From: an uncultured Candidatus Saccharibacteria bacterium
GTDB taxonomy: Bacteria > Patescibacteriota > Minisyncoccia > Minisyncoccales > JANBVM01
Direction: 5' to 3'
Length of the DNA stretch: 64,000 bases
Assembly (NCBI GenBank): GCA_964450805.1
Contig: CAYVDD010000001.1
Span: forward strand, 254,365 to 318,364
Position 1 is the stretch's first letter, and each line of letters starts with the position of its first letter. Of this stretch, positions 63,014 through 64,000 are shown piece by piece. Position numbers and translations under genes: made by a program. The notes under the pieces were generated by a model that had not been told where the DNA came from, made no database searches, and saw only the letters and a list, made by a program, of their open reading frames with translations.

Positions 63014-63370
63014 TATCCTAACAAGTCGGGTAATCGCTCTTTATTGAAAAATAAAGGGAGGAAAGTCCGAACACTTACTCTCCATTTACTGGGGGTTAAA
63101 AAGGTAGCGGCTAACAGCCGTCACTTCGGAAAACATAACTGAAGTAGAGGTGCGAGCAGAGACGTGCAAGACCGAAAGGTCAAGCATCCCGTTTTACGGG
63201 CTAGTCCTATAGCAATATAGGAGTGAAACGGCTAAATCCTTACCAGGTGCAAGAACAAATCCTTTGGCTTTTGTTAAAGGAAAAAGTAGTTCGCATGAGC
63301 CCTGAAGCAATTCAGAGCCAAGATAAATGATTACTTAAAACAGAATTCGGCTTATGGACTTGTTAGGATA
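63014..63370 (+). ncRNA. rnpB: RNase P RNA
   Basis: GAGGAAAGTCCGAAC, GTGAAACGG, AGATAAATGA, ACAGAATTCGGCTTA; P1 TATCCTAACAAGTC/GACTTGTTAGGATA. Confidence 0.95.
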
Positions 63371-63373
63371 AAC

Positions 63374-63408
63374 AAAAATCCGTCAATGAAGGCGGGTTTT
63401 TGTTTTTT
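63374..63408. terminator. Intrinsic terminator between rnpB and rnhA
   Basis: AAAAATCCGTC-AATGAA-GGCGGGTTTTT. Confidence 0.75.
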
Positions 63409-63425
63409 AGAAACTGCACCTTAAA

Positions 63426-63869
63426 TTAAAACAATTTTTGTTTCTTAGCTTTTTCATCTAAGACCTGGTTAACTAAAGAATCTGTCAGCTTATTTTTAGC
63501 TCTTGAAATATAGCTGAACTTAACTTTTTTAAAGTCAAGTTTTAAATTCCAGAGTTCAAGAAACAATTTTTGAATTCTTTTGTTGCTAATTTTGTATTTT
63601 CCATTTAACTGCTTAACTAAAAATTCTGAGTCAGATTTCAACTCAATTTCACTGACTTTTGCCATTTTTTTTCCAAATAAAAGTTTAAATTTTTTCAAGG
63701 CGAATATGACAGCCATATATTCAGCTTCATTGTTTGTAAACTTATCACCTAAATAATGAGAATATTCTTTAAAGACTTGTTTTTTTTCGTTAAAAAAAGC
63801 TACTCCAATTGCCGCAGGACCTGGGTTGCCCCTTGCCCCGCCATCAGTATAAATTGTTATTTTTTTCAT
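63426..63869 (-). CDS. rnhA: Ribonuclease HI family
   Basis: YTDGGARGNPG, TNNEAEY, SDS, R..N...D. Confidence 0.9.
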   Translation of the reverse strand: MKKITIYTDGGARGNPGPAAIGVAFFNEKKQVFKEYSHYLGDKFTNNEAEYMAVIFALKKFKLLFGKKMAKVSEIELKSDSEFLVKQLNGKYKISNKRIQKLFLELWNLKLDFKKVKFSYISRAKNKLTDSLVNQVLDEKAKKQKLF

Positions 63870-64000
63870 AAGTATTTTTCAATGTTTTTAATTAAACAAT
63901 TTCTAAATTTCTCCAGATTTTCATTCTCAATTCTGAAGCCAGAAGCCTGGGCATGACCGCCATAAGTAATTACATACTCTTTGCAATGTTCCATTAATGA
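63866..64000 (-). CDS. C-terminal fragment of DHH/DHHA1 protein (RecJ-like), cut by window edge
   Basis: YGGHAQASGF; stop overlaps rnhA start (ATGA). Confidence 0.7.
   Translation of the reverse strand, partial: SLMEHCKEYVITYGGHAQASGFRIENENLEKFRNCLIKNIEKYL

Overview
Low-GC, gene-dense chromosomal window from a Patescibacteria (CPR; Parcubacteria/Nealsonbacteria-like) genome; lineage is inferred from rRNA signatures and gene style, not from a search. Left to right: ftsQ; a ~7 kb accessory island (nucleoside deoxyribosyltransferase, HAD, PD-(D/E)XK nuclease, proteasome-beta-like Ntn hydrolase operon, LexA-DNA methyltransferase fusion with a convergent putative restriction nuclease); cell-wall/aaRS genes (femX, murF, serS, lysS, mrdA, mreD, mreC); a split rRNA operon (16S, tRNA-Ile, tRNA-Ala, 23S, 5S) whose spacer is inflated to ~4.5 kb by six protein genes; an idi-ubiA-GGPPS isoprenoid trio; translation genes; a glycolysis/redox/Fe-S/tRNA-thiolation block; an FtsZ paralog with four AT-hooks; ftsEX, frameshifted prfB, lepA, murJ, RNase P RNA, rnhA. 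Most notable signals: the 16S lacks the anti-Shine-Dalgarno and many genes look leaderless, yet the prfB frameshift and a complete Thr/Ile leader-peptide attenuator are present; an SOS-wired LexA-MTase / Ser-Ntn-hydrolase divergon; AT-hook FtsZ; RF1 without domain 1 and a near-identical GGQ segment shared by prfA and prfB; recombinase-tail scars marking cargo islets. All calls were made by eye without database searches.
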